From the NCBI GenBank assembly GCA_031409275.1, contig JANNXA010000014.1:256001-320000 (forward strand): DNA of 64,000 bases, written 5' to 3'. The translations under genes were made by a program, and so were the position numbers. A model generated the notes under the pieces. That model searched no databases. It worked only from the letters and a program-made list of their open reading frames with translations, and had not been told where the DNA came from. Shown here in pieces: positions 50,670-60,618 of this stretch. Origin of the DNA: Planctomycetota bacterium. GTDB lineage: Bacteria; Planctomycetota; B15-G4; SIAN01. The stretch's first letter is position 1, and each line of letters begins with the position of its first letter.

Positions 50670-51668
50670 ATGCCCACCTCTGCCCTGCCGCCACTCGCCT
50701 TCGCACCGCTGCCGATCGACCGCCCGTGGGGCGGATCGCGTGCGGCCACGTATCTCGGGATCGTGCCCCCCGCAGGGCGCGGACCGATCGGCGAGTGGTG
50801 GCTGGTTTCGGCGCGCGCCAGCCAACCGTCGCGCGTCGTCGGCGGTCCACTCGCCGGCAAGACGCTGCCCGAGCTGCTCGAGCATGACGGCGCGGCATTG
50901 CTCGGCGCTCATGGAGCCGCGGGCCGCCAGCGCCGGTTCCCGCTGCTGCTCAAGCTGCTCGATACCAGCGCGCCGTTGTCGGTGCAGGTCCATCCTTCCG
51001 ACGCCGCCCAGCCGGGCGAAGGCAAGACGGAAAGCTGGTACATCGTCGAGGCGACCGCGGACGCCACCTTCTGGCTCGGATTGGTCCCCGGCGCGAAACC
51101 CGCCGACGTCTTCGCGGCGGCTCGCTCGGGACGCTCGCCCGAGTCGTTCCTCGCGCGCCACCAAGCCGCACGCGGACTGCTCGCCCATCTGCCGCCGGGC
51201 ACGCTGCACGCGCTCGGTGCCGGCATCGTCGCCGTCGAGTTCCAGAGCAACGCCGACACGACGTGGCGCATCTGGGATTGGGAACGGAAGCCGGCCCGCG
51301 AGCTCCATCTCGCGCAGGCGGAGCGCGACACCGCCCTCGACCAGACGCCGCACCTCTTGTCGGCTGCACCCGATCGCACGCGCACGCCACCCTGCGATCG
51401 ACTCGTCGACTGCGACGCCTATCGGGTCGAACGGCTCGAGATCTCGGCGCCCACCCACCTCACCACCGATGGCGATCGTTGCGAGATCCTGCTCTCGCTC
51501 GGCTCCGCGCTGCGCGTCCGCAACGAGGCGGGCTCGACCGAGGTGCCGCGCGGCCATGCCTTCCTGCTGCCCGCGACCTCGGGCGACTACGTCGTAACAC
51601 CGGAAGCGCGCGCCGAGCTGCTGCGCTTCCTGCCGGCACCGGCCGCGACCGGTCGAGGATCCACATGA
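50670..51668 (+). CDS. manA: class I mannose-6-phosphate isomerase
   Basis: RPWGG, IGEWW..S, FPLLLKLLD, LSVQVHP, GKTESWY, PGTLHALG, EFQ.N.DTT.R..DW.R, RELHL. Confidence 0.9.
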   Translation: MPTSALPPLAFAPLPIDRPWGGSRAATYLGIVPPAGRGPIGEWWLVSARASQPSRVVGGPLAGKTLPELLEHDGAALLGAHGAAGRQRRFPLLLKLLDTSAPLSVQVHPSDAAQPGEGKTESWYIVEATADATFWLGLVPGAKPADVFAAARSGRSPESFLARHQAARGLLAHLPPGTLHALGAGIVAVEFQSNADTTWRIWDWERKPARELHLAQAERDTALDQTPHLLSAAPDRTRTPPCDRLVDCDAYRVERLEISAPTHLTTDGDRCEILLSLGSALRVRNEAGSTEVPRGHAFLLPATSGDYVVTPEARAELLRFLPAPAATGRGST

Positions 51669-52714
51669 GCGACATGCGACTGCAACGTTGGCTGGCGATG
51701 TGCGGCGTGGCTTCGCGCCGCCGCTGCGAAGAGCTGATCACCAGCGGCCGCGTCGACGTGAACGGCCAGGCCGTCACCGAACTCGGCTCGAAAGTCGACC
51801 CGGAGAAGGATGAAGTGCGCGTCGACGGCGAGCGCGTGCGCGCGCCGACTCGTCGCTACTACGTCGCCCTCAACAAGCCGGTCGGCGTGGTCTGCACCGG
51901 TGACGATCCGGCCGGCCGGCCGCGCGCCATCGATCTCGTGGCGGCGATTCCTGCTCGCCTCTTCCCGATCGGCCGCCTCGACGAGGACAGCGAAGGGCTG
52001 CTGCTGTTGACCAACGACGGCGATTTCGCCGAGCGCGTGGCCCACCCGCGCTACGAAGTGCCCAAGGTCTATCGCGTGACCGTGAAGGGCGTGCCCGACC
52101 CGAGCGCGCTCGCGAAGTTGATGGAAGGCGTCTGGCTTTCCGAAGGCAAGACCGCTCCGGCACGCGTGATGACGCTGCGCAAGACGCGCGAGTTCACGAC
52201 CGTGCTGATCACGCTGCGCGAAGGACGCAATCGCGAAGTGAGACGGATGCTCGCGAAGGTCGAGCTGCCCGTGACGAAGCTGCTGCGCGTCCAGGTCGGC
52301 GCAGTGAAGCTCGGCACGTTGAAGCGCGGCGAATGGCGAATGCTGGCGCCTTGGGAAGTGCAGGCGCTGCAGGAAGAGCAAGCGCCGGGGCCGGGCGCCG
52401 GCACCGTGCCGCCGCGCAGCGCGCAGCCGCGCCGTCCGCGCGGACCCGATGCGCCGCGAGGCCCGATGGGGCCGCGCGGACGCCCGTCGTCGGCGCGCCC
52501 TGGCAAGGGACGACTGCCGCCGGCTCAGCGCTCGCGACCGCCGGGTCGCAGCGATGGCCCGTCGGGCCGTTCGTACGCGCCACGCGGTGGCGCCGGCGGC
52601 GCTGGGCAAGGGCGGCGACCGTCCGGCCCGCGCGATGGTGGCGCGCGCGGCGACGGCGGTGGACGCGGCGGCGGTGGCCGCAACGGCGGCGGCGGACGTC
52701 GGTCGGGCCGCTAA
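51665..52714 (+). CDS. rRNA pseudouridine synthase (RluB/RsuA family) with Gly/Arg-rich tail
   Basis: S4 domain RLQRWLA.CGVASRR, NKPVG, IGRLDEDSEGLLLLTNDG, EGRNREVRRM. Confidence 0.93.
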   Translation: MSDMRLQRWLAMCGVASRRRCEELITSGRVDVNGQAVTELGSKVDPEKDEVRVDGERVRAPTRRYYVALNKPVGVVCTGDDPAGRPRAIDLVAAIPARLFPIGRLDEDSEGLLLLTNDGDFAERVAHPRYEVPKVYRVTVKGVPDPSALAKLMEGVWLSEGKTAPARVMTLRKTREFTTVLITLREGRNREVRRMLAKVELPVTKLLRVQVGAVKLGTLKRGEWRMLAPWEVQALQEEQAPGPGAGTVPPRSAQPRRPRGPDAPRGPMGPRGRPSSARPGKGRLPPAQRSRPPGRSDGPSGRSYAPRGGAGGAGQGRRPSGPRDGGARGDGGGRGGGGRNGGGGRRSGR

Positions 52715-52786
52715 CCCGGCTGGCGAACCGCAGTGCGATCGTGAGGGCAACGAGAGCCGACGACGAAACGGCGCCGGCTCCGTCGA

Positions 52787-54787
52787 TCAGCGACCGTCGT
52801 CGGTGCCGGCCTCGCCTGGCGACACCGGCGCCGGCTCCGTGCCACCGGCAAGCCCGACGTCGATCTCGGTCATGCTCGCGGGACTGTCGAACGAGTAGCG
52901 CAGTTCCTTGACGCGTTCGCGCATGCGCGCGCGATGGGCGCCAAGCGGCCGCGTGCCGTCGTCGAACCCGAGCAATGCCTCGTAGCTCGGGATTCGGGGC
53001 ATGAGCGCCATCGTCTGCGCTTCGCGCACGTCGAGCATCCAATAGAGGAAGTCGCCCGCCGGCGTCGTCTCGGCCTTCGCATCGGAAAGCGGTACGCCGA
53101 ACAGCCCGAGCACGAGTGGCGCGACCTGGTAGCTGCGGCCACCGCCTTTGCCCATCGGAATGCCGCGCTTGCCCTGCACTTCCCCGTCCGCGCCGGGATA
53201 TGCGAGCAGCAGCATCCCCGACTTCTCGCGCGCGGAGGTGTGCTTCGCGTAGGTGTAGCGCAGCGGAAACAGCGTGTTGATGCCGACCGTTCCGCGCGGC
53301 AGCGTGACCTGCGTTTCGCTCGGCAGCGTCGAGAAGATGATGAAGTGCGAGTCCTCCTCGCCCATCTTCATGTCCCAGAACAACGAGCTGCGCACCCCGC
53401 CTCGGCGATCGTCCCACTTGAGATCGATCTGGATCGACCCGAGCTTCTCGTGGATCTCGCGCCAGCGCACGGCGCGCTCCTGCGGCGTCGCTTTCGGGAC
53501 GCACCCCTGCGGCCATTCGCCGGCGAAGTTGATCGAGACGTGGCGGATGAAGCTCGTCTGCCAGACGGTGCGATCGAAGCAGGTCGTGTGGGCCCAGTCG
53601 ATCGAGCCGTCGGGCAGTCGCGCCAGCAGCCCGAGTTCCTCGAACAGCCGGTTCATGTTGAAGTCGCGATTGGCGAGCTCGCTGTCGGGCATCAGCGAGT
53701 GGTCGGTGACCAGGATCACCGTCGTGTCCGGCCCCATCGCGTCGCAGAGGTCGCGCACCATCGCGTCGAGCGCGATCGCCGCCATCGGGATGACGTTGGC
53801 GAACTGCTTGTAGTCGGCCGCGACTTTCGCGCGCATGCCCGCGTCTTTGTGGCGCAACCAGTCATCGGGATCGATGTTCATCCAGAACAGATGGGACGCG
53901 ACATCGAACGAATCGAGGCAGCAGGCCGCGAACTCGATCGACGGGTCGTTCCGGAGCAGAGTCTGCAGCGACTGCTTGGCCGCGAAGTCGCTGCGCAGCG
54001 CCTGCTCGAGCTGCTTCAAGTTGCGCAGCGTCGGCGCATCGCTCGTGCCTGCCTGCAGCTTCTTGATCGCGCTGAAGACCGGCGGCAGGTTCCCGTTCAG
54101 CGCCGCCGCCAACTCGCCCGCATGGGTCGCGGCCAGTTCCGGCGGCCAGGTGAGGTGCTCGCCTCCCTTGGTGAACGCCTCGGGGATCGTCGGCAGGTCG
54201 ACCCGCCCGAGCGGTCCGAATGGCCCGAGCCCGAACTTCTCGAGGAAGAAGCGGTCGCTGACGAGGTAGCCGTTCAGCGGCTCGGCCGGCCAGGTGACCG
54301 GCCAGTTGCTCACCGCGCACTTCACGCCGACCGCCGAAAGCACGTCCCAGAAGGTCGGGACCTGGCGATGGGCCGTCGTGACCGGCGCACGCTCGTAGCT
54401 GTCTTCGATCGGCACGGTGAGGTCGCGCACGCCGTGTCCGCGGACGATCTCGCCGACCTTGGTCGGCGGAAAGCCGGTGGCGATGGTGGTCCAGCTCTCG
54501 GCCGGGTCGAGCCCCACGCTGTAGGGATCGAGCGTCGCCTGCTCACCGAGCAGCGGCACCAGGATCCCGTGCTGGCGCAACTCGGCGAGCTTCTTCAGCT
54601 GACCGGAATCGAACAGCGGCTTCATCACGTCGAAGTCGAAGCCGTCGACGCCGAGCAGGAGCACCTTGCGGTGGCGCGGCGTGATCGATTGGACGCCGTG
54701 GTCGCTGCAGGAGGCGCAGGCGACAACGACGACGAGCAGGGCGAATATGCGCGCGAGCAAGCGCGGCGCGGCGAGGTTGACGCTCAT
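52787..54787 (-). CDS. alkaline phosphatase superfamily / type I phosphodiesterase lipoprotein
   Basis: LLGVDG.D, WTTIATG, WPVTWPAE, FD..SHLFW, VTDH; lipoprotein-like signal. Confidence 0.8.
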   Translation of the reverse strand: MSVNLAAPRLLARIFALLVVVVACASCSDHGVQSITPRHRKVLLLGVDGFDFDVMKPLFDSGQLKKLAELRQHGILVPLLGEQATLDPYSVGLDPAESWTTIATGFPPTKVGEIVRGHGVRDLTVPIEDSYERAPVTTAHRQVPTFWDVLSAVGVKCAVSNWPVTWPAEPLNGYLVSDRFFLEKFGLGPFGPLGRVDLPTIPEAFTKGGEHLTWPPELAATHAGELAAALNGNLPPVFSAIKKLQAGTSDAPTLRNLKQLEQALRSDFAAKQSLQTLLRNDPSIEFAACCLDSFDVASHLFWMNIDPDDWLRHKDAGMRAKVAADYKQFANVIPMAAIALDAMVRDLCDAMGPDTTVILVTDHSLMPDSELANRDFNMNRLFEELGLLARLPDGSIDWAHTTCFDRTVWQTSFIRHVSINFAGEWPQGCVPKATPQERAVRWREIHEKLGSIQIDLKWDDRRGGVRSSLFWDMKMGEEDSHFIIFSTLPSETQVTLPRGTVGINTLFPLRYTYAKHTSAREKSGMLLLAYPGADGEVQGKRGIPMGKGGGRSYQVAPLVLGLFGVPLSDAKAETTPAGDFLYWMLDVREAQTMALMPRIPSYEALLGFDDGTRPLGAHRARMRERVKELRYSFDSPASMTEIDVGLAGGTEPAPVSPGEAGTDDGR

Positions 54788-54810
54788 GGGCGGAGGATAC
54801 ACTGCCTTGG

Positions 54811-56907
54811 ATGGTGGTGATCTCGAGGCGAGCCGCTCCCGTCATCGTCGCATTCGCGCTCGCGGCCGCAGGCCGTTGGCTCGTCCACGATCGAGAGCAG
54901 TGGTGGTTGCTGCTCGGCGGCGGCGCGCTCGTGGCGATCGCCGCGCTGGCCGCGCGACGCGCGAGCGACCCGGTCGCGCGCGCCCTGCCGCTGCTGCTCG
55001 CGGCGCTGGTCGGCGGACTCGGGGCCGGCCACGTCCTCGGCGCCACCGCTCCCGGCGCACCGTTGCCGTGGCTGGCATTGGCCGGCGCGGCCGGGCTGAT
55101 GCTGCTCGCGATCGATGCTCGATCGGGCCATGCCGGTGGAGTCGGCGCGCCGGTCATCGGCATCGAGCCGCTCCCCGTATCGCTCGGGCGCGCCGGGAGC
55201 GTGGGCGTCACGCTGGCGATGGCGCTCGCGCTCGCCGCCGTCGGCCACCTGGTCCTCCTCGGCAAGCGCCATGACATCCCCGGCATCGGACCGGTCTTCG
55301 CACTCGACGACGACATGATGATCACGCTGCGCTACGCGGCGAATCTCGCACACGGCGACGGCCTGGTGTGGAACGCGGGCGAGCACGTCGAGGGCATCAC
55401 CAACCTGCTCTGGGCGCTGCTGCTGGCGCCACTGCACTGGCTCTTCTCGACCGAACGCGTCGCCGCCGCGGCGATCGCGCTCGACCTCGCACTGCTGCTC
55501 CTGCTCTTGATCGAGTGCGCGCGCCTCGTGCGCCAACTCGGGGGATCGAGCGTCGCGGCCGGGCTCGCCGCCATCGCGCTCTCGACCCACCAGGCGACGC
55601 TGCATTGGGTGGCGGGCGGCGGCGAGTCGCCGCTGGTGACGCTGCTGTTGTTGTTCGTGGCGCGACGTGCGCTCGCCCCCGCAACGAGTCGACGCGGCGC
55701 GCTCGTGGCCGCGACGGCGGCCGGCCTCGCGTGGATCACGCGCCCCGACGCCCTGCCGGCGCTGCTGCCGCTGCTCGCGTTGCTGGCGTGGTCGCACCAT
55801 CCGCCCGTCGCGGCTGGAAGCGGCGCGCCACGGTGGCGCCACGCCCTCGCCATCGCAGCCGCCGCCGCGGCGCTGCCACTCGCCGCAACGCTTTTTCGGC
55901 TGGCCTATTACGGCAGCCCGCTGCCGAACACCTACTACCTCAAGATGACCGGCTGGAACGGTCGCGCGGACGCCGGATTCGCCTACGTCGCCGCGGGTCT
56001 CGCCCACCACTTCGGCTTCGCTGCGGCAGCGGCCATCGGCGCCACGCGCCTCGCCTCGCGCGGCGCGCTCGCGCTGCTGCTCGCCGTCCTGCTGCATGGC
56101 GCCTACGTGATCTACGCCGGCGGCGACGAACTGCCGATGGAGCGCTTCCTGCTGCCGACCATGCCGTTCGTGCTCGCGCTCGGATTCGCCGGCGCGAGTG
56201 CGTCGATGCGAGAGCGCGCTCCAGCGGGCGCCACGGCCGGTGGCACCTGCGCCGCTGCAGTCGCCGCGTTCCTGCTCCTCGCGCTCGGGACCACGAACGG
56301 CGGTTATGTCCCGTTCACGCGCGATCCGGCGCAGCTCTCGCGTGCCAGCGCCGAGCGCGCCAACACGATGATCGGCTACCTGCTGCGCGCGAACACGGCG
56401 CCCGATGCGACCGTCGCCCACTTCTGGGCTGGCGCAGCTGCCTACTTCTCGCAGCGGCGCGGGATCGACCTGCTCGGCAAGTGCGACCCGGTGATCGCGC
56501 GGCGGGAGGCGAAGGCGGGCCTCATGAAGCCGGGCCACAACAAGTACGACTTCGCCCACTCGCTCGCGCTGCAGCCCGACGTCATCGTCGGCGGCGACGG
56601 TGGCGCGGCGACGCTCGCGTTCCTCACCGAGAAGTACCTGAACCCGGCGAGCCCCCACCACGGCTACCGCGCCTTCGCCGATCTCTACCGCCATCCCGAC
56701 TTCGCGAACCTCTACTGTCGCGCCGCGAAGGACGACGTCGGTCGCCCCGCCGCGATGCCGCAACTCGTGGGCGGGAGCGGCAGCACCCTGCTCGACGAAT
56801 ACGCGGACGTCAGTCGCCGATTCCATGCACTCTTCGTGCGCGCCGGCTCGACCCGCGCGCGACCTCCCGCTGAATGGACTGCCCCGACCCGCGCGAACCT
56901 CCGGTGA
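54811..56907 (+). CDS. polytopic GT-C-like glycosyltransferase membrane protein
   Basis: DDDMMITLRYA.NL..G.GLVWN.GE.VEG.TN, GGE, TRPD, R..YYG..LPNTYY.K, GGD, IDLLG..D. Confidence 0.75.
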   Translation: MVVISRRAAPVIVAFALAAAGRWLVHDREQWWLLLGGGALVAIAALAARRASDPVARALPLLLAALVGGLGAGHVLGATAPGAPLPWLALAGAAGLMLLAIDARSGHAGGVGAPVIGIEPLPVSLGRAGSVGVTLAMALALAAVGHLVLLGKRHDIPGIGPVFALDDDMMITLRYAANLAHGDGLVWNAGEHVEGITNLLWALLLAPLHWLFSTERVAAAAIALDLALLLLLLIECARLVRQLGGSSVAAGLAAIALSTHQATLHWVAGGGESPLVTLLLLFVARRALAPATSRRGALVAATAAGLAWITRPDALPALLPLLALLAWSHHPPVAAGSGAPRWRHALAIAAAAAALPLAATLFRLAYYGSPLPNTYYLKMTGWNGRADAGFAYVAAGLAHHFGFAAAAAIGATRLASRGALALLLAVLLHGAYVIYAGGDELPMERFLLPTMPFVLALGFAGASASMRERAPAGATAGGTCAAAVAAFLLLALGTTNGGYVPFTRDPAQLSRASAERANTMIGYLLRANTAPDATVAHFWAGAAAYFSQRRGIDLLGKCDPVIARREAKAGLMKPGHNKYDFAHSLALQPDVIVGGDGGAATLAFLTEKYLNPASPHHGYRAFADLYRHPDFANLYCRAAKDDVGRPAAMPQLVGGSGSTLLDEYADVSRRFHALFVRAGSTRARPPAEWTAPTRANLR

Positions 56908-56914
56908 GAACTCG

Positions 56915-57889
56915 ATGACCCTGCTCGCGATGCTTCAATCGGCCGCGGCCGCAACCACCTCCTGGTGGGAGCACGACCTCGAACCGAACCTCTTCGTCAT
57001 CCCGTTCTGGAAGATCGGCCCGCTCCAGCACGGCATCCCGATCCGCTTCTATTCGCTCTCCTACCTGCTCGGGCTCGCCTTCGCGTGGTGGTTCATGCGG
57101 CGCCTCTCGCGGCAGCGACGCATCGCGCTCGACGAGGTCGCGGTGGCCGACCTGATCATTCCCTACGCGCTGCTCGGCGTGATGGTCGGCGGACGGCTCG
57201 GTTACGTCCTCTTCTACGACGTCGATCCGACGACGGGCCGCTACGCGTGGCTCGACGAGCCGTGGAAGATCCTCCAGATCTGGGAAGGCGGGATGGCGAG
57301 CCACGGCGGCCTGCTCGGCGTGCTGGTCGCCATGTGGCTCTTCGCGCGCCGCCGCAAGGTGCCGACGCTGCACGTGCTCGATCTCTGCGCGCTGACGGTT
57401 CCAGTCGGGCTCTTCCTCGGCCGCATCGCGAACTTCATCAACGGCGAGCTGTGGGGACGCGTCACGACCGTGTCGTGGGCGGTGCTCTTCCCGAAGGCGC
57501 CCGCCGCCTCGCCGATGTTCCAGGCCGCCCATCCGGAGCTCGCCGCCCTCTTCCAGCGCGGCCTCGCGCCACGCCACCCATCGCAGCTCTACGAGGCGCT
57601 CGCCGAAGGGCTCATCGTCTTCATCGCGCTCTTCGCGATTCACCGCAAGGCGCTGCCGCGCGCCGGAACGCTCTCCGGCGTTTTCCTGCTCGTGTACAGC
57701 GTGGGGCGCCTCATCGGCGAGCAGTTCCGCGAGCCCGACAGCCACATCGGCTACCAGTGGCTCGGCCTCACCCGCGGCCAGATCCTCACCGGCGGACTGC
57801 TGATCGCCGGCATCGCGATGCTGACCTACGCGCGGCGGCGTGGGCCGCAAGTGTTCACGCCGCCCGACGCGCCGACGCCTGCTCCCTGA
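56915..57889 (+). CDS. lgt: prolipoprotein diacylglyceryl transferase
   Basis: GGRLGYVLFY, IWEGGMASHGG, GRIANFINGELWGR, RHPSQLYE, EQFREPD. Confidence 0.96.
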   Translation: MTLLAMLQSAAAATTSWWEHDLEPNLFVIPFWKIGPLQHGIPIRFYSLSYLLGLAFAWWFMRRLSRQRRIALDEVAVADLIIPYALLGVMVGGRLGYVLFYDVDPTTGRYAWLDEPWKILQIWEGGMASHGGLLGVLVAMWLFARRRKVPTLHVLDLCALTVPVGLFLGRIANFINGELWGRVTTVSWAVLFPKAPAASPMFQAAHPELAALFQRGLAPRHPSQLYEALAEGLIVFIALFAIHRKALPRAGTLSGVFLLVYSVGRLIGEQFREPDSHIGYQWLGLTRGQILTGGLLIAGIAMLTYARRRGPQVFTPPDAPTPAP

Positions 57890-57986
57890 AGCTTCAAGTT
57901 GCAGCGAGTAGGCTGCACCACTCGCCGCCGCCGACGACGATCCCGACGTCACGCGACTTCCGACCGATTCGCCAAGGAGAACCGCC

Positions 57987-58766
57987 ATGGTCGCCACGCT
58001 GCTCTTCGCGCTCGCCTCGATGGTGCCGCTCCCCCAGGATCCGGCGGCCCCGCGCGACGACGCATCGGCAGCGGCCGCGCGCGACGCCCTGGAGAGGTCG
58101 GGAGCGTTGGTGCTGCGGGTCGCGCAGGAGAGCAAGGAGTGGACGGTGAGCTTCGCCGTCCATGGCGCCAAGGCCGGCGATGCCGAAATGGCGCCGCTCG
58201 CGCAGATGCAGGAGGTCGTCGAACTCGATCTCGGCGCGACCAGGATCAGCGACGCGGCGCTCGCGACCATCGGCAAGCTGGCGACGCTGCGAAAACTGGT
58301 GCTGCGACAGACCGCCGTGACCGACGCTGGCATGAAGTCGCTCGCGGGCCTCGTCGCTCTCGAATCGCTGAATCTCTACGGCACCAAGGTCGGCGATCCG
58401 GGTCTCGAGCCGCTCGCCGCACTCAAGAAGCTGAAGCGCCTCTACCTCTGGCAGACGGCCGTCACCGACGACGGCGTCGCGAAGCTGCAGCAAGCGCTCC
58501 CTGACCTCGCCATCGTTCGCGGTGCGGTCGCGCCCGTCGCCCCGAAGAGCTGCTGCGAGAAGGCGAAGGCCGAGGGTAAGGAGTGCGATCATCCCTGCTG
58601 CGTGACCGCGCGCGCGGCGGGTCGCCTCTGCTTCAAGTGCCACCCCGATCGCGCCACCACCTGCTGCGAGAAGGCGGAAGCGGCCGGCAAGGCGTGCGAG
58701 CACCCCTGCTGCATCGAAGCCGCGAAGGCGGGGAAGCTCTGCGAGAAGTGCAACCCGCATCAGTAG
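57987..58766 (+). CDS. secreted leucine-rich-repeat protein with tandem Cys-rich C-terminal domain
   Basis: AAGGAG RBS; four LxLxxTx[IV]xD LRR units; two 32-aa Cys-rich repeats. Confidence 0.85.
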   Translation: MVATLLFALASMVPLPQDPAAPRDDASAAAARDALERSGALVLRVAQESKEWTVSFAVHGAKAGDAEMAPLAQMQEVVELDLGATRISDAALATIGKLATLRKLVLRQTAVTDAGMKSLAGLVALESLNLYGTKVGDPGLEPLAALKKLKRLYLWQTAVTDDGVAKLQQALPDLAIVRGAVAPVAPKSCCEKAKAEGKECDHPCCVTARAAGRLCFKCHPDRATTCCEKAEAAGKACEHPCCIEAAKAGKLCEKCNPHQ

Positions 58767-58941
58767 CCCGCTTTATTCATGAGCCCCGTAGCGAGGCGAC
58801 GGGATGTTGGCGCAGGACGAGGAGGGAAATCGCGGCTCCGACGATGCGGGTCTGCTGACCCGCTGAGGAAGGAACGCGGTTTTCAGACGATGTCATGCGT
58901 CGACAGACCGAGCCGCAGCAGGGACTCGTGAACAAGGCGGG
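58767..58941. mobile_element. second MITE/REP-like long-hairpin element with imperfect terminal inverted repeats
   Basis: cccgctttattcatgag vs ctcgtgaacaaggcggg (14/17 complementary); nested stems; central gcgggtc/gacccgc at 58846-58863. Confidence 0.55.
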
Positions 58942-58970
58942 GTAGCGCTGCCACTGCGAAATTCCTGCGC

Positions 58971-58999
58971 ACCAGCTTGGGAAGCTCGACCGTCGATGA
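58971..58999 (+). promoter_or_regulatory. candidate sigma-28-type promoter
   Basis: ACCAG-N16-GTCGATGA upstream of the GGAGGA/GTG start at 59056. Confidence 0.33.
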
Positions 59000-59055
59000 A
59001 GGCGACACGAGCATCCTGCCGCGAAAGCGGCGCTGCGACCGCATGGAGGACCGCC

Positions 59056-60618
59056 GTGGCCTTGAACCTCGCCGAACTTCTCGCCAGCGCGGAGCGGCTG
59101 CCGACGCCACCGGCGGTCGCGCTCGAACTGCTTGCGCTCTCGCAACGCGAGGACGCCGACGTCGACCAGATGGCCGCGGTGATCTCGCGCGATCCCGCGC
59201 TCGTCTCGAAGATCTTGCGGGTCGCCAACACGCCGCTGTTCGGTGCACGCAAAGTGACCACGATCAAGCAGGCGCTGATGACGATGGGCATGCGCGCCGT
59301 GCAGGTGATGGCGCTCAGTTTCTCGCTCGTGCGACCGGCGGCCAGCGCGTCCGTCGACGACGACACCACGTTCTGGCGCAACTCCCTCACGGCGGCGGTG
59401 GCGGCACGGCTCATCGCCGCGCGCTGGCTCCCGCGCCAGGCGGACGAGTGCTTCGTCGCCGGGCTGCTCCTCGAGATCGGCGTGATGACGGCGCGCCTCG
59501 CGTGGCCGGACAAGTGCCGCCCGCTCACCGCGCTCCAGAACAGCAGCCGCGAAGTCGGCCTCGAGGCCGAGCGCGCCGCGCTGGGCGCCGATCACATGGC
59601 GATCGGCGCGATGCTGCTGCGCAAGTGGGCGTTGCCGCCGTCGATCTGCGACGCCGTCGCCTTCCACCACGAGCCGCAGTCGCTGCCCGCGACCGCGCCG
59701 GCCACGACGCGCGCGCTGACTCGCGTCGCTTCGATCGCCGCCACGATCGAGCGCTGCCTGCGCAACGAACTGCTCGGCCACGACGAGGAGCGCCTGCGCG
59801 AGGACCTCGACCTGGTGCGCAAGCGCCTCGCCGCCGACCACGGCGCCAGCGACGACGACGTCTCGATGCTGTTCCAGGAGGTCCGCAAGGGGCGCCGCGA
59901 GATGGCCGCCGTCTTCGACATCAGCCTCGGCGACCCGCGCACGGTCGAGGAGATCCAGATCTGCACCAGCCGGCTCCTGGTGCAGCTCTCGGTCTCGATG
60001 GCTGGCCACACGGCCGCGCTTGAGCGCGACAACGCGAAGCTCGCGACGCTCGCGGCATGCGACGGACTCACCGGCCTTCCCAACCGCCGCGAACTCGACA
60101 GCCGTTCGACCGAACGCTTCGCCGCCGCGGCCGCCAGCCGCGGACCGCTCGCGGTGCTGATGCTCGACATCGACCACTTCAAGCAGGTGAACGACACGCA
60201 CGGCCATCCGCTCGGCGACGCGGTGTTGAAGGCGCTGGGAAGCACGCTGCGGCGCGACCCGCGAGACGGCGAGTTCATCGCGCGCTACGGCGGCGAGGAG
60301 TTCTGCGCGCTGGTGCCGGCCGCCAACGAGTCGGCGTTGCGCACGCGCGCCGACGAGCTGCTGGCGGCGATCCGCGCGCTGCGCATTCCGCTGCCCGATG
60401 GCGGCGAGCTGGCGCCCACGGTCTCGATTGGCGGAGCGCTCGTGCCGGACGCTTCGAAGCTGCCGGGCCCCGATGCCTTGCGCGAGGCGGCCGACCGTTG
60501 CCTCTACGAGTCGAAGACGGCCGGCCGCGACCGCGCGACCGTGCTCACGCTGGCGACGGCCCCTCAGCCGCCCGCGCCCGTCTTGACCAGCGCGAGCCCG
60601 AGTTCGCGCGCGAGCTGA
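59056..60618 (+). CDS. HDOD domain + GGDEF diguanylate cyclase
   Basis: HDOD: LPTPPAVA, DPALVSKILRVAN, GLL..IG, W.LP, HH; DGC: DGLTGLPNRR, DIDHFKQVND.HGH..GD, RYGGEEF. Confidence 0.93.
   Translation: MALNLAELLASAERLPTPPAVALELLALSQREDADVDQMAAVISRDPALVSKILRVANTPLFGARKVTTIKQALMTMGMRAVQVMALSFSLVRPAASASVDDDTTFWRNSLTAAVAARLIAARWLPRQADECFVAGLLLEIGVMTARLAWPDKCRPLTALQNSSREVGLEAERAALGADHMAIGAMLLRKWALPPSICDAVAFHHEPQSLPATAPATTRALTRVASIAATIERCLRNELLGHDEERLREDLDLVRKRLAADHGASDDDVSMLFQEVRKGRREMAAVFDISLGDPRTVEEIQICTSRLLVQLSVSMAGHTAALERDNAKLATLAACDGLTGLPNRRELDSRSTERFAAAAASRGPLAVLMLDIDHFKQVNDTHGHPLGDAVLKALGSTLRRDPRDGEFIARYGGEEFCALVPAANESALRTRADELLAAIRALRIPLPDGGELAPTVSIGGALVPDASKLPGPDALREAADRCLYESKTAGRDRATVLTLATAPQPPAPVLTSASPSSRAS

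Noticed and set aside
58627..58645. CFKCH as evidence of a cytochrome c
   Set aside because: The second repeat has CEKCN at the same position, so the His is not conserved; kept only as a note in the Cys-rich finding
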